DNA from: Chrysomallon squamiferum | Lineage: Eukaryota; Animalia; Mollusca | Direction of reading: 5' to 3' | Length of the DNA: 64,000 nucleotides | NCBI GenBank assembly: GCA_012295275.1 | Contig: CM022665.1 | Location: forward strand, 4,526,001 to 4,590,000 | Part shown: one piece after another, positions 1 through 11,294 of the stretch | Layout of the letters: the number at the start of each line of letters is the position of its first letter | How positions within the stretch are numbered: the stretch's first letter is position 1 | Position numbers and translations under genes: made by a program | The notes under the pieces: generated by a model | Databases searched by the model: none | Seen by the model: the letters and a program-made list of their open reading frames with translations, nothing else | Told to the model about the DNA's origin: nothing

Positions 1-34
1 GGATGTATTTTGTGGTTGCAAAATTTAATACATA

Positions 35-68
<34 letters not shown>

Positions 69-200
69 TTTTTTTGTTGTTTAAATGTATTGAAAGAATC
101 TGTCTGCAGTTGGGTTATTTACTGTCTTGTTTACACCTAGGAAAGATTTTTATCCGACGCTAGTTCGCCATTCTCAAAATTCACAACAAACTGTTCCCCT

Positions 201-202
<2 letters not shown>

Positions 203-268
<66 letters not shown>
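203..268. repeat. (GT)n microsatellite
   Basis: Pure GT run read directly from the sequence. Confidence 0.95.
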
Positions 269-269
<1 letters not shown>

Positions 270-2216
270 CGCGTGCGTTTAACACTTAGTGTGTCTAACA
301 GACAAAAATATCACTTGCGCGCGCACGTACAAAACAAAGTATATTACGATAACAGAAACGTGTGTTGAGGTGTCGTTAAAGACGACATATTTATGGTATG
401 TGATCGTGTTACAAGCCAGCCTTAACTTCAGTGACCTGAGATAGTAAGTTCACGGTCGTGTTAATTTGATATGAAGTCGAAATTCCCTGTTTACGCAGCT
501 TAATGTTATGTTGGTGTATTAGTGCACTAGAAAACAGAACACTTACAATAATAATTAAACAGAGGAATGAAGATCAGGATTTACAAATAAATGTATAAAG
601 ACATCACCGCTGTGCAGTACTGTTAGGTAAACTGAAAATTTCATACTGATATATAAATAAGCCTAATTAGAATTATATGTCAAAGCATAGGAGACAAAAA
701 GTGTTTGTGTGTATGTATGTGAGTGTGTATGTGTTTGAAATAAAGCGAGGAAACGAGTCAGTCCTCGTACTTAAGAAAAGAAAAATATTTACTTGGAAAT
801 CTTTTAATCACATTGCTTATACGCACTTGTCGCATGATGAAGTACCCAATTTATGCGATAACCACAGTTGTATCTTGGAGATGGATTAGAGATTTTAGAG
901 AAAAACGACGCAACCTTAAAGTACTTGCTTACTTCTGTTACGAAAAATAAAATAAATCTTTATGGAATTCAAAAGTGTTGGCAATACAAAAGTATGCCGT
1001 TGACTTTTATTTTCTTCTTACGACTTAAAGAGCAAATTCCTGGCTGTACAAAGACATTAAGTTCCCAAGCTAATATTTATTTGTCGTGAAAAACTATTCT
1101 GTCGTTATTTAATACTGTTAGACATTACTCGTCTGGCGTCTTTAAATTTCAAAGGTCTAGAACGTGTTTTCTCTAACGGTAACATATATTAGTTTAGTGG
1201 GTAATAGCTGTTGATAAAAACTGTTTACAGAACTTATCCCCTTTCACGTGAACACGGGAATATTCTATAAGTAAGTAGACCTCGCTTTTAAACCTAAATG
1301 GACTTTGTACGTTTTTATTTCATTCCTTTTTCTTTTTACTTGTTTTCTTTTTTTTCTTCTCCACTGTTATTTTAAATTTCCTTTACAACAGACACTTGTT
1401 CGCTGATGTGGGCCTGTGTGCATTTAATCACTTAACGGGGAAAAATAAAAAAAAAAAAAGATGTTGGGTTTTCGCAAATACTTTAACCTTAAGACTTGGC
1501 ACAGTATTAATGTATGAAAAGTTAATTGGAAAGAAAATCCATGGAACACGAACTCTATCGTGGAGAGAAGACTATTGTAACGCGTGAGTTACAATAATTA
1601 ACGTGTGCTGATAAGAAAGGAACACTGAAAAAAAAAAAAAAAAAAAAAAAAGAAATCTTAGTTATTTAAGAAATCGGATACAGGGAAATCAACTCTTTCG
1701 ATGTGTGAACTTTCAAAAACAGTACAGTTTATAGGTATTTCTCTTGATGTAAGTGAAAAAGGAATTTCTGTGCCTAAGTCGTTTGTAAATATATTTCATA
1801 TATCTCGATCGTATAGTTTAAAAGAAACACTGCAGAATGATTTGTTTTTTTTTAAAACAAAACAATTAAATTACTGTTAATTAAATTATTCTTAACATGT
1901 TTTGCATAATAATGAGGCGTAATACGTCAAGTATACTAGCTTTTACTTTAACAAGCCAGTCGTGTTCTAATGTATAACACAAACGTGAATTTTCTTGACT
2001 GATCCACGTGAAGAAACATCAACGTGCCACTTTGCTGTCTATTTGGATTATTCTGTGTTAGAACTGGGAAAAAAATAAAAATAAAACTATTGTGATTTTT
2101 CACTATGCAGCCACATATCGTAATCATCTGAAGCGTTAAGAAGTTTGTTTATGGACTTTTTTTTTTTCAAGGGGTCAGAAAGTTGTAGTTGCTTTAATAG
2201 AAGATTGACTTTGAAA

Positions 2217-3656
2217 ATGAACGAACGGCCGTTTGGCATACAGATATTTCACTCAGAGAATGAGCTGAAAGCAGAGAGACTGAACAAACTGGAATCGTGC
2301 AAGTTTAACTTGTTGCAATGTGCAATTAAAAAAGAGAAAATATTATTTGAGAAAAGTTTTAAACAGCAGTACGGGCTGATGATGCGATCTTCTATATTCA
2401 ACAGAGTGAACGACGTCCCTCTTTTAAGAAACAGGAGAACGCTTCCTAACAGTGAGAGACTACAACGGCAGTTATCAGCTGATACGATGACACTGCGAAC
2501 TCGATTCCTCTTGACAGCGAGAAGTCGACCAAAGACGCACACAGGGATTTCACTTGTCAGACGTAAAACTTCTGAAGATAACACTACGTTGTGCAATCGT
2601 GTTGACAATAAAAATGTCCACGAATTTAAATCGGAAAATAATCTACCTTTTCAGACCCCAGCAGAAACGTCTTCAGTTTTAGAACATGATAAGAAAGCTA
2701 ATCTGGACAGTGAAACCGACCAACGACTTCATGACCGTGTGCTGTCGTCAGAGATTAACGTTAATTCACACGGAACAAAATCTGTTTTGTCTAATGATGT
2801 TGGCATTCATAGAAATGATTCTGTCAGTGCCTTGCCTTTTCGAAATGGAAGGCTATATAAACAAAAGAGAGATGAAAATTACAGGAAAATGTATGAAGCT
2901 AATACTGTTTGTTCAGGCGATAAATTGAAAATGAAAACTGAAATGAATTTTAAATGCGACTCTGCAGATGTTTCTTCCAAAAAATATGAAGAAATGGGAC
3001 AAATATTTCCCCAAAACATCCATTCTGTACAAGTTATCTTTGATAAAACGGCTATTGATAACTCTAATCCCGAATCCAGTGTGCAGAATGACGGACTTCT
3101 CGAAATCGCGGAAGAAAAACTTCACGCCTTTCATGATGAAAAAGTAAACGTAGACATAACTACAGTTAGCGGTACTGAAGAATCGATTCCAGATAAGAAT
3201 GGTAGAATTTATAACATTGAAAAAGTATCATTTCATGAAATTCCTACCGACCAAACTGAAGTAAAGTGTGAAAAAGAACACAACGGAGTTTCCAGTCGTA
3301 AACAAGATGACCTTGCGTGTTGTTTTAACGAAATGAAACTGGGAACAAATCAAAACGTTTCTGAATCTACCGACGCACCGGACTTCTGCTGTAATGAACA
3401 AAACGATCTTCGTGCAAAAATTAACAATTTCCTGAAGATTCAGGAAGAATATAACAAACGAAATCCGCTAAGTAAAGAAATCTGTGCGCAGTCGGAATTA
3501 TTTAGGCTTAAATCAAGTACATGTGAACGGAAAGTAAAAGCTGAATCTAAAGATTTTGGACCTAAAGATGCAATTATCAAGGAAGCTTTAACGACTCTTG
3601 GATTTCTTCAAGAACAACCTGTCAGGCCGGAAAGTCTTCCTCCTATTGTTAATTAA
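2217..3656 (+). CDS. Uncharacterised ~479-aa protein: N-terminal helical/coiled-coil motif followed by a long low-complexity region (ORF1)
   Basis: 1.5-kb stop-free ORF in AT-rich DNA. The track start at 2145 is a TTG. A polypyrimidine/AG acceptor ends at 2171 and the next ATG is 2217 (MNERPF); ATG 2151 or an upstream coding exon is also possible. Shares the motif FxSxxExxAxxxNxxxxxKFN with ORF2 and ends in SLPPIVN. Confidence 0.75.
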   Translation: MNERPFGIQIFHSENELKAERLNKLESCKFNLLQCAIKKEKILFEKSFKQQYGLMMRSSIFNRVNDVPLLRNRRTLPNSERLQRQLSADTMTLRTRFLLTARSRPKTHTGISLVRRKTSEDNTTLCNRVDNKNVHEFKSENNLPFQTPAETSSVLEHDKKANLDSETDQRLHDRVLSSEINVNSHGTKSVLSNDVGIHRNDSVSALPFRNGRLYKQKRDENYRKMYEANTVCSGDKLKMKTEMNFKCDSADVSSKKYEEMGQIFPQNIHSVQVIFDKTAIDNSNPESSVQNDGLLEIAEEKLHAFHDEKVNVDITTVSGTEESIPDKNGRIYNIEKVSFHEIPTDQTEVKCEKEHNGVSSRKQDDLACCFNEMKLGTNQNVSESTDAPDFCCNEQNDLRAKINNFLKIQEEYNKRNPLSKEICAQSELFRLKSSTCERKVKAESKDFGPKDAIIKEALTTLGFLQEQPVRPESLPPIVN

Positions 3657-3894
3657 ACGAAAAACATTTAAATAATAAATCAGGACACCCGCTGCTGCTC
3701 AGTACTTTTTTCGATAAGCAGCAAAACACATCTTTCATATACACCTTCCCGTAGACACTAAAATCCATATCATGACCTTTGATAAACCAGTTGTGAGGCG
3801 TTGACCAAAGATTAATTAAACGATGTCTCTGACCAAAACTGTTTTGTGAACTAATTTATAAATATGGTATGTATATATAGATTTATTTTTTCAA

Positions 3895-3898
<4 letters not shown>

Positions 3899-3969
<71 letters not shown>
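3899..3969. repeat. (AG)n microsatellite
   Basis: Pure AG run. Confidence 0.95.
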
Positions 3970-3972
<3 letters not shown>

Positions 3973-4050
3973 GCAAACAAACCGACAGCAAAACAAAAGA
4001 AGAAAAAAGAAAGAAAGAAAAAGAAGAAAAAAAAAAAAAAAAAAGCAAAA

Positions 4051-4084
<34 letters not shown>

Positions 4085-4724
4085 GCTATCAAAAATAATC
4101 TTATTATATTTTATTCCAGTTTTGAAAACCGAAAAAAACAAACTATTCATAATACACAAAAGAACATTAATTCATTTTAAATAACTATTATTTTGTTGTA
4201 AAAGAAATCTAGAAACCATTCAGTATACAAATACTGTACATTAACGGACGAATAAACCAAAAGCAAATGTATTGTTATTGTACAACTTTCGTCACACTAG
4301 CCAAAGACATTCTTACCATTATAATCTTGAACGTGTTAACACTCTTCACCCTTTAATCAACGATATTAATTAACCTGTGATGATAAATTTGATTACACAC
4401 TTCACGGAAAACAGATAACGATAAATGCTGTTATCTAGTAGCTGTCCAGATTAATTTTCTGATCATGCGTGCATACAAACACACACTCACGCCTACAATC
4501 ATTTACGCTAACTTCAGTGAATTTTTTTAATCAACTCTTTTAATCCTATGATAATATTGTAGTTATACTCAGATTCACGTACACATTAATTTAAATTGTT
4601 CATGAATGTTTTAAAATTTCTTTTATATATTAAAATGGTAATATTAATATATAATACTGTCACACTGAATTTCTCTCTGTTGCGTTAACATAATGATTAT
4701 ACATTACGCCTAATTTATTATTAT

Positions 4725-4887
4725 CACACACGTACATATACACATACATAAACACACATGTACACTTTTACATATACACACAATCACACACATATACAGA
4801 CACACATATGCACACAGACACATAGACATATATACAAGTACACACACATACATATACACATACATATAGACATACATACATACATAC

Positions 4888-4920
<33 letters not shown>

Positions 4921-5060
4921 TGTACATACATACACATACATACATACAAACACATTCACACACATAAACATATAAACACATATACATACAAAAACATCTC
5001 TATACCTATACACACACAATCACACACACACACACAGACAAACCCATACGCACACACGTG
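4725..5060. repeat. Degenerate (CA/TA)n low-complexity tract
   Basis: Interrupted CA, TA and CATA runs that generate several spurious ORFs. Confidence 0.9.
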
Positions 5061-5962
5061 CATGTAGTGGTATGTCATATATAATTAATACACATTAAAA
5101 ACTTCCCGTCCATAAGAGACAGAAACGAGATTATTTTCCTTATCGATGTTACATAAAAATCAATACGGTTGACACCTGATAACGGTTCATAATAAATATA
5201 ATGACATTTTTAAATACATATTTAAAAAAGTTTTCAAATATAGTGTACTGCACATGGTATTATAAGTTTTTAATACAAATTAGTATGACGTTAAAGTTCT
5301 TGTGTTTGTTTGAAATAAATGATCATCTTATCTTGCAAGATCGAGTTACATTGTTAATTTTATCTTTTAAAAGCCAGATAATAATATCAAATACATTTTA
5401 ATTCATCAGTTTGTGTGTACATTGTTTCTTTTTAAAACATGTTTTCCTTAATATTTATTATAATGATGATGATGATATTAATAATTATTATTGTTGTTGT
5501 TGTTATTATTATTAATATATTATATTAATATTATACTATTATATTATATTATTATTATTATTATTATTGTTGTTGTTGTTGTTTTTATTCTTGTATTACT
5601 GTACTGTTTAACAAATTATATCATTTAACTGTTTAAAGAAACTTCGATTACTTAACAAATTTAGCCTCTGCAATATTACTCATGAATTTCTACAAAATAT
5701 TGTAATGGTCGTTAACACACCCATCGTTATTAACATAGACTAACAAAGCAACACGCTGTTGACATCTTACATAACAATACGTATACGTTTCAAATCACAA
5801 TGCGTCTGTTTGCAAAAACTATGTTTGTAGTAGTCATCAGATTTCGTACAGCGCTTAATTATTTATAACACGTTTTGCCATTGACGTATAGAATAATAAA
5901 GAAAACAGGTTTCCGATACGTTATTTCATTTCAGCTTTCATTACTTTTCATCATACCCAGAC

Positions 5963-7114
5963 ATGGAAGTGCAGAGAAAGCCGGTAGCATCAACAGAACA
6001 TTTCCGACCGTACCGTCACAGTTTCGTAAGTTACAACGACGAACAAACGGGTCGACGTATTTCTGACTTGGATCAAATATCGGTGTATTTTTGTTCAGGA
6101 AGCGAAAAAGCGGCACACAAGAAAAATATGGTCATACAGTCGAAATTTAACTCAACAGTCGAGAAGATGAAACTGGATAAAGAAGCTACAAAAAGATTGA
6201 TAAAATGCGACGCGTTGAGGTTTAGACAGAGGAGCAAGATTTTGCAGTATCTGAAAAACATTGTTCCTCTACGGGTCGAGTGTTACAATCTGCCTAACGG
6301 AGACGGACAAAACGAAGTTTCCGGAACCGACTATTTAGGTCGCACTAAATCATCCACGCCTCTCACGGGCAGGAACAGCCATTTGACTTGTTTCACGGCT
6401 CCATTTTCACCAGACTCTGCTGTCCGTCTTCTACCTTTTGCAGACAGAAAAGAGATTTGTAAACCCAAACACAAATATCGTGGAACTGAAACTACTTCTG
6501 TGGATGACAGAAAAATCAAACTGAAAAGCACCATCAAGTGGACTGCGTCTAAAGATGATGATGCCGCTTCACCGGATCTTAAAAAACAAAAACCGAACGA
6601 AATAGACGACAAGTCTCTAATGCCTTCAAAGCCATGCCGGCAGTTCGGGAAACCAATACATTATTCTGAGTCGAAGATTCGGAAGATACTGGTAAGCGGA
6701 ATTTCTTGTACCTCTTTTTCAGATGACAGTGACGAAGATAACGAAGAAGATAAGCATAGAAGCAGTGTCGGTTCGTCCCGTGAAGACGAAACATTTCCCT
6801 ATGCGCCCATCGACAGCGACAAGTGTGTGAAAATTGTAAGAAGAGTTAAACACCCGCTGACTCCTGTTCAGGTCGATAATGTGACGATTCCATTAACATT
6901 CACGTCTAGCAGTCCAAGAAGAAAAAGTAGTTTGAAACTACGGGTTGGTTCCAGTCTCAATAACCGACACCCACTGGTTGTGAGAGCAAGAAGAGGAAGT
7001 TCTGTGGATTTAAGCGGTATTTTGAACATAGAACGATCAAGATACGCCATGAATCAAGAACGTCTTACTCAGTTCATGCAGAATTTGTCACTAAGTAAAA
7101 CCACCATTGACTAA
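5963..7114 (+). CDS. Uncharacterised 383-aa Ser/Lys/Arg-rich protein (ORF2), probable distant paralogue of ORF1
   Basis: 1152-bp ATG-to-TAA ORF with candidate acceptors at 5934 and 5960 just upstream. Shares an N-terminal motif with ORF1 and carries basophilic kinase-type motifs (RRIS, RRKSS, RRGSS). Confidence 0.8.
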   Translation: MEVQRKPVASTEHFRPYRHSFVSYNDEQTGRRISDLDQISVYFCSGSEKAAHKKNMVIQSKFNSTVEKMKLDKEATKRLIKCDALRFRQRSKILQYLKNIVPLRVECYNLPNGDGQNEVSGTDYLGRTKSSTPLTGRNSHLTCFTAPFSPDSAVRLLPFADRKEICKPKHKYRGTETTSVDDRKIKLKSTIKWTASKDDDAASPDLKKQKPNEIDDKSLMPSKPCRQFGKPIHYSESKIRKILVSGISCTSFSDDSDEDNEEDKHRSSVGSSREDETFPYAPIDSDKCVKIVRRVKHPLTPVQVDNVTIPLTFTSSSPRRKSSLKLRVGSSLNNRHPLVVRARRGSSVDLSGILNIERSRYAMNQERLTQFMQNLSLSKTTID

Positions 7115-8515
7115 GAGCGATGTTCTAATTAGTTGTATGTGTAAACAAAGGACGAGGTAGTTTGTTATCTTTTACGTTCCATTAGACGTTAATATTTTAT
7201 AAATATACGCTGTGGAAGAACTGAGGACTGCGACAAATACAGCTTTAAGAAAAAAGTAGCATTGTACGCTGATAAACTTTTAAACGAACACATCTTACTT
7301 TGCACATTGTTAGCCTGTTTCTCTGTATTAACTCACTATCTCTGTTTTCCTTCCATTGAATGTAAAATTGTAATAAGCTTTTATCCTGAATTTAAACAAG
7401 AAAAAAAAAAAAAAAAACATTCTTAATTCTTATTCTTATTATCATCATCATTATCATCATCATCATCATCATCATCATCGTCATCTTGCTGACGTTCTTC
7501 ACCAATATGCACATGATATTTATAAAATTATGAAATACATAGCGCTACAAAAGAGGTCAATCTATGATATATTAAAAATTATTAAATAAGTTAATGTAAA
7601 ATATACCATAAACCAGTGTACACTTGAAACCTTATTGATTGTCTACAATCATGACTCTAGAGGCCGAATTTAAATTCGTATCGTGTTTATTAGAAAAATG
7701 ATACTCAGCTAATGTTATTTATTTGTAACAGACGTGTTGAATTTCGAAGGTTGAGCCACCCTGTGCTTGTTAAAGCATACATGATCATAAAGTCTTATGT
7801 AAAAAAAAATGCGTTTTTCTCATACAGTACGTAGAAGTGAGGATATGATTATTTGTGAGCGAATTTGTGGTTATATTATCCACATAGCATACACATTTTA
7901 CTGCTTTTTATTATTGCTTATTCTAAATACATTTTAATTTTCCTCTAAGGAAAAAACAACATTTATTAAGATAAAAATTATTTTCATTTCTTCTTCATCA
8001 TTTATTTATTTAATTCGTTTTATTTGTTTATTTATTGATTTATTTATTTGTTTGAGTTTAAGTGTTTCACGATTGCTGTACTCACTGAATGAAAAAGAAA
8101 TATACACGTTGAAAAATAAAAGCTTTTATTATCAGTTTATAAGATCATAATTTGATCGTTTCAGTTATATTTTGAGGAGACTTTTCTTGGTCATACTGTC
8201 GTAACTGCTGCAAAAGAAAGAGAACAAAAAGGTAATTAAATGTAAAATCACAAAACCATAAGAACTATTTTAAAACGTATACATTAAGACTACATTTCTG
8301 TTAGTCTTATATTTTCGAGCTACGTATAATTTTATTATTATTATTATTTATTTTGTACTTATTCTGTTCTTTTTATATTCTAACTTTTTATTTTGGTTTG
8401 CTGTCTGAAAGATCTAAACAAAATAAATAATAGTACACTAAACAGTCTTTAATGAGAGTTATTGATATCTAAAAATATATATATAAAAAAATCAACTACA
8501 AACCTCTTTTTTGTG

Positions 8516-9161
8516 TTATTCCATTTCATTCAGTTCACGGAGCATTCGCTGGAAGTCATCAGTAGAGATCTCAGAGTTTCCTGAAAAAAAGAAAAAAAAA
8601 GAATATATATATAACAACATGAAAAATAATAGATTTCATCATTTTGTACTAAATATATTAACTGTTCGTTACGCATTAAAGCTGATACGAAAATAAGTAA
8701 ATATTCACCAAGTCTATCATTTTTACTTGAGCACTTGTGTGTTAAATAACTTCTGTGCAATATGTTCTATCTTAAAAACCTTTCGATCCTACTGACACAT
8801 TAGGTTTTTTTAATTTTATTTTACTTCTTCTTAATGCTACTAATTGGAGAGTGAAAATATTTCTAGTTTTTGTTTACCTTCCTCGCCAATAAACTCCATG
8901 AAATCATCAGCGTCTCGTCGACTCATTATTTGTTCAAGTTCTTCATGGTTCAGGATTCCGTCCATGTTCGTGTCGATCTCCGAAATATCTGTAACAAATA
9001 GCTAAAGTCTGAAGTTTTACTTATATAATTTTATTAATAAACGACGCTTTTATTACTAGAAATTCTCAAACCATAATCAAATAGAATGTATTGATACTTT
9101 GTATGCATACATTGTTATGGAATCTCTCTGTTTTTACACACACACACACACAAACACACAG

Positions 9162-9216
<55 letters not shown>

Positions 9217-9462
9217 AATACTGAAGATTATTTGTTCATTTTTAACAGGAACTAAAACTAAAACTATTTTAGAAAACCAACCTCGTTTTCCTTGGCTTGC
9301 AAGCCAGTCCTTTGCCTTCCTCTTAGCCCAGTCTAAAGCTTGACGTTTTGCCCAGTCCCTGACTCGCCTCCATCTGATTCGAATACGAAACCGACGCCAA
9401 GCATCGCTCTCGTTTAGAAAACAGAATGCCGCTACGAGTACAAGAAGCAGAGCAAGTTTCAT
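8516..9462 (-). CDS. Secreted cationic peptide/EF-hand precursor, subtype A copy 1 (118 aa)
   Basis: Coding exons 9462-9282, 8988-8878 and 8580-8516, all GT-AG and phase 1. Protein: MKLALLLVLVAAFCFLNESDA / WRRFRIRIRWRRVRDWAKRQALDWAKRKAKDWLASQ / GKR / DISEIDTNMDGILNHEELEQIMSRRDADDFMEFIGEEGNSEISTDDFQRMLRELNEME. Non-coding exon 1 ends at 9736; the non-coding last exon is near 8210-8110. Confidence 0.93.
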
Positions 9463-9735
9463 CTGAAAAACAAATAAATAAATTGAGAAGCAGCATACAT
9501 CACTTTCTTCGGTCTCTTGAATTGTTATTACATTTGTTTTTTCCTCTAATTTTGTGAAAAAAACAAAAAAAAAAAAAAACAACAACCCAACAACACAGTG
9601 TTAATAACAATAATCTGAGTATTATGTAAATTATTATACTATTTATAGATCTTTCTAAATCCTGTTTTAAAGAAATTAGTCTAAGCAAAATGTATCAGTA
9701 AATGTATTTCAGTTTAAATGAAATCTGTGACTTAC

Positions 9736-9882
9736 CTTTCAGCCGTAGGTTGTCAGGGAAAGAGTGAATAAAACTGTTGTTGTACTTGGCTACTTTATAC
9801 TAAATTGGTGTTGTTATTTCTTGTTTGATCAGTGACAAAGTGAGTAGTTTAATGCAAAAATCCTGTTATTGCAATCTGTTGC
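9736..9882 (-). promoter_or_regulatory. A1 core promoter and non-coding exon 1
   Basis: Motif GCAACAGATTGCAATAACAGGA (9882-9861), TATAAA (9799-9794), and a ~30-nt exon ending AAAG|GTAAGT at 9736. The same layout occurs before A2 (TATA 23711-23706), A3 (33175-33170) and A4 (51684-51679). Confidence 0.75.
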
Positions 9883-10273
9883 AAACACCAAATTAATTGA
9901 TAATTCATGTATGAACAACAGAAATAATTAGTAAGCATTTTGATAAATACTGGTACATTTAAAAATAATTTTAATTTTTCCTGCTAATTATTAAAAAAAA
10001 AAAAAAAAAAATAAAGATAAATAAAAAAAAAATAAAAAAATATAATTATTGTATGTTATATAGATTTTGTACCAATTTATTCTCAAGAATTTTCATGACT
10101 TAGGATCCATAATGGAAAACAAATACAATCATTATATAGTGTGAGATTTTCAAATATTACTTCGAAAATACCAATATAATTATGTTGTTAGTTCACAGTG
10201 AAAATACACACACAAACACACACACAGACACAGAGACATACAGATCCATTTAACTATTCAGATACATTCACGC

Positions 10274-10321
<48 letters not shown>

Positions 10322-10705
10322 CCACACAAGCATACATTCGAATTACTCACACACATACATGGTACATACAAACACTTTTTTACAGATATGAACATGCAGA
10401 GATTATAACTATGCATATTAAAATATCCATTACTAACGGAAACCAAAAAATATAAATAAGAATACTAAAACAGAAAATTAAAAAATATATTCTTTTTATG
10501 AAAGTATTGCGAACAGTATAATATATATATGCGTATATGTGAACTAAAAACAACAGAGATAACAAGAACACAAACAAGAATAAGAAAACTACTGATACAT
10601 TTCTGACAGTTGTAATAAAATGAAATGATGCGGCGATTGTTTTGAGATTTGTTTACAGAAAATCGCCTTCAGCAAAATAACAGTTTTTCCTGAGACTATT
10701 AATTA

Positions 10706-10861
10706 GCAACAGACTGGATTAACAGGACCTTTGTATTTATGTTTTCACACTTACTTGTTGATGAAAACAGATATGAAATCACCAGTTTAGTATATATTCA
10801 TGGACAGTTATAATAGTTACAGTCTCTTTTTTTCTCTCAGAAATCGATTTACACTTGAAAT
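10706..10861 (+). promoter_or_regulatory. B1 core promoter and non-coding exon 1
   Basis: Motif GCAACAGACTGGATTAACAGGA (10706-10727), TATATA at 10791 (TATAAA in B2 at 34657, B3 at 47065, B4 at 52844), donor GTAAGA at 10862. Confidence 0.7.
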
Positions 10862-11294
10862 GTAAGAAACACATCTTTTTCATTTGCTTAAAATTACAGA
10901 ATTTGAAATCTGTTAGTGTTCCCATTTTGATTTATCTAATTTGAATATCTTGAGAGTTCCTGAATGATGTAAAACTTAATCATTTATATAACGAGTAACA
11001 AAGGTAAATGTTGTACTGAGGACTTCATAGATCATTTGTCGTAGACAGATATGACTTTCACCTACATTGTACACACACTTTGCTGTTGCATTTAGGTAAC
11101 AAAGAATATACATTATTTTCCCAGTGTCAGTAGCTATCGAACAGCTTTTATTTTTTAGCTTTCTAAATTACGATTCTATAGATAGGAAATAACAACTATT
11201 TTTAGATGAACCTGAACACATAGTTAAAAATGGGTTTGTCTGGGTAAGTTCTTCTATTCGTCTGGTTTTAAAATAAACGCTGATTCTTCTTCAG

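Noticed and set aside
3883-5019. Many 60-90-aa ORFs (SLSLSL, CVCVCV, HTHTHT)
   Set aside because: Translations of AG and CA microsatellites, not genes. The same applies to ORFs at 10198, 13331, 14948, 30057, 46175, 54300 and 57617.
9115-9585. ORF-track versions of the peptide genes with N-terminal extensions and tails such as GWFSKIV..., GMCAQF..., GAYSVD... and GMHW...
   Set aside because: Read-through into introns. A conserved acceptor abuts the ATG and a conserved GT donor follows GKR in all 16 copies, splicing in frame to the EF-hand exons.
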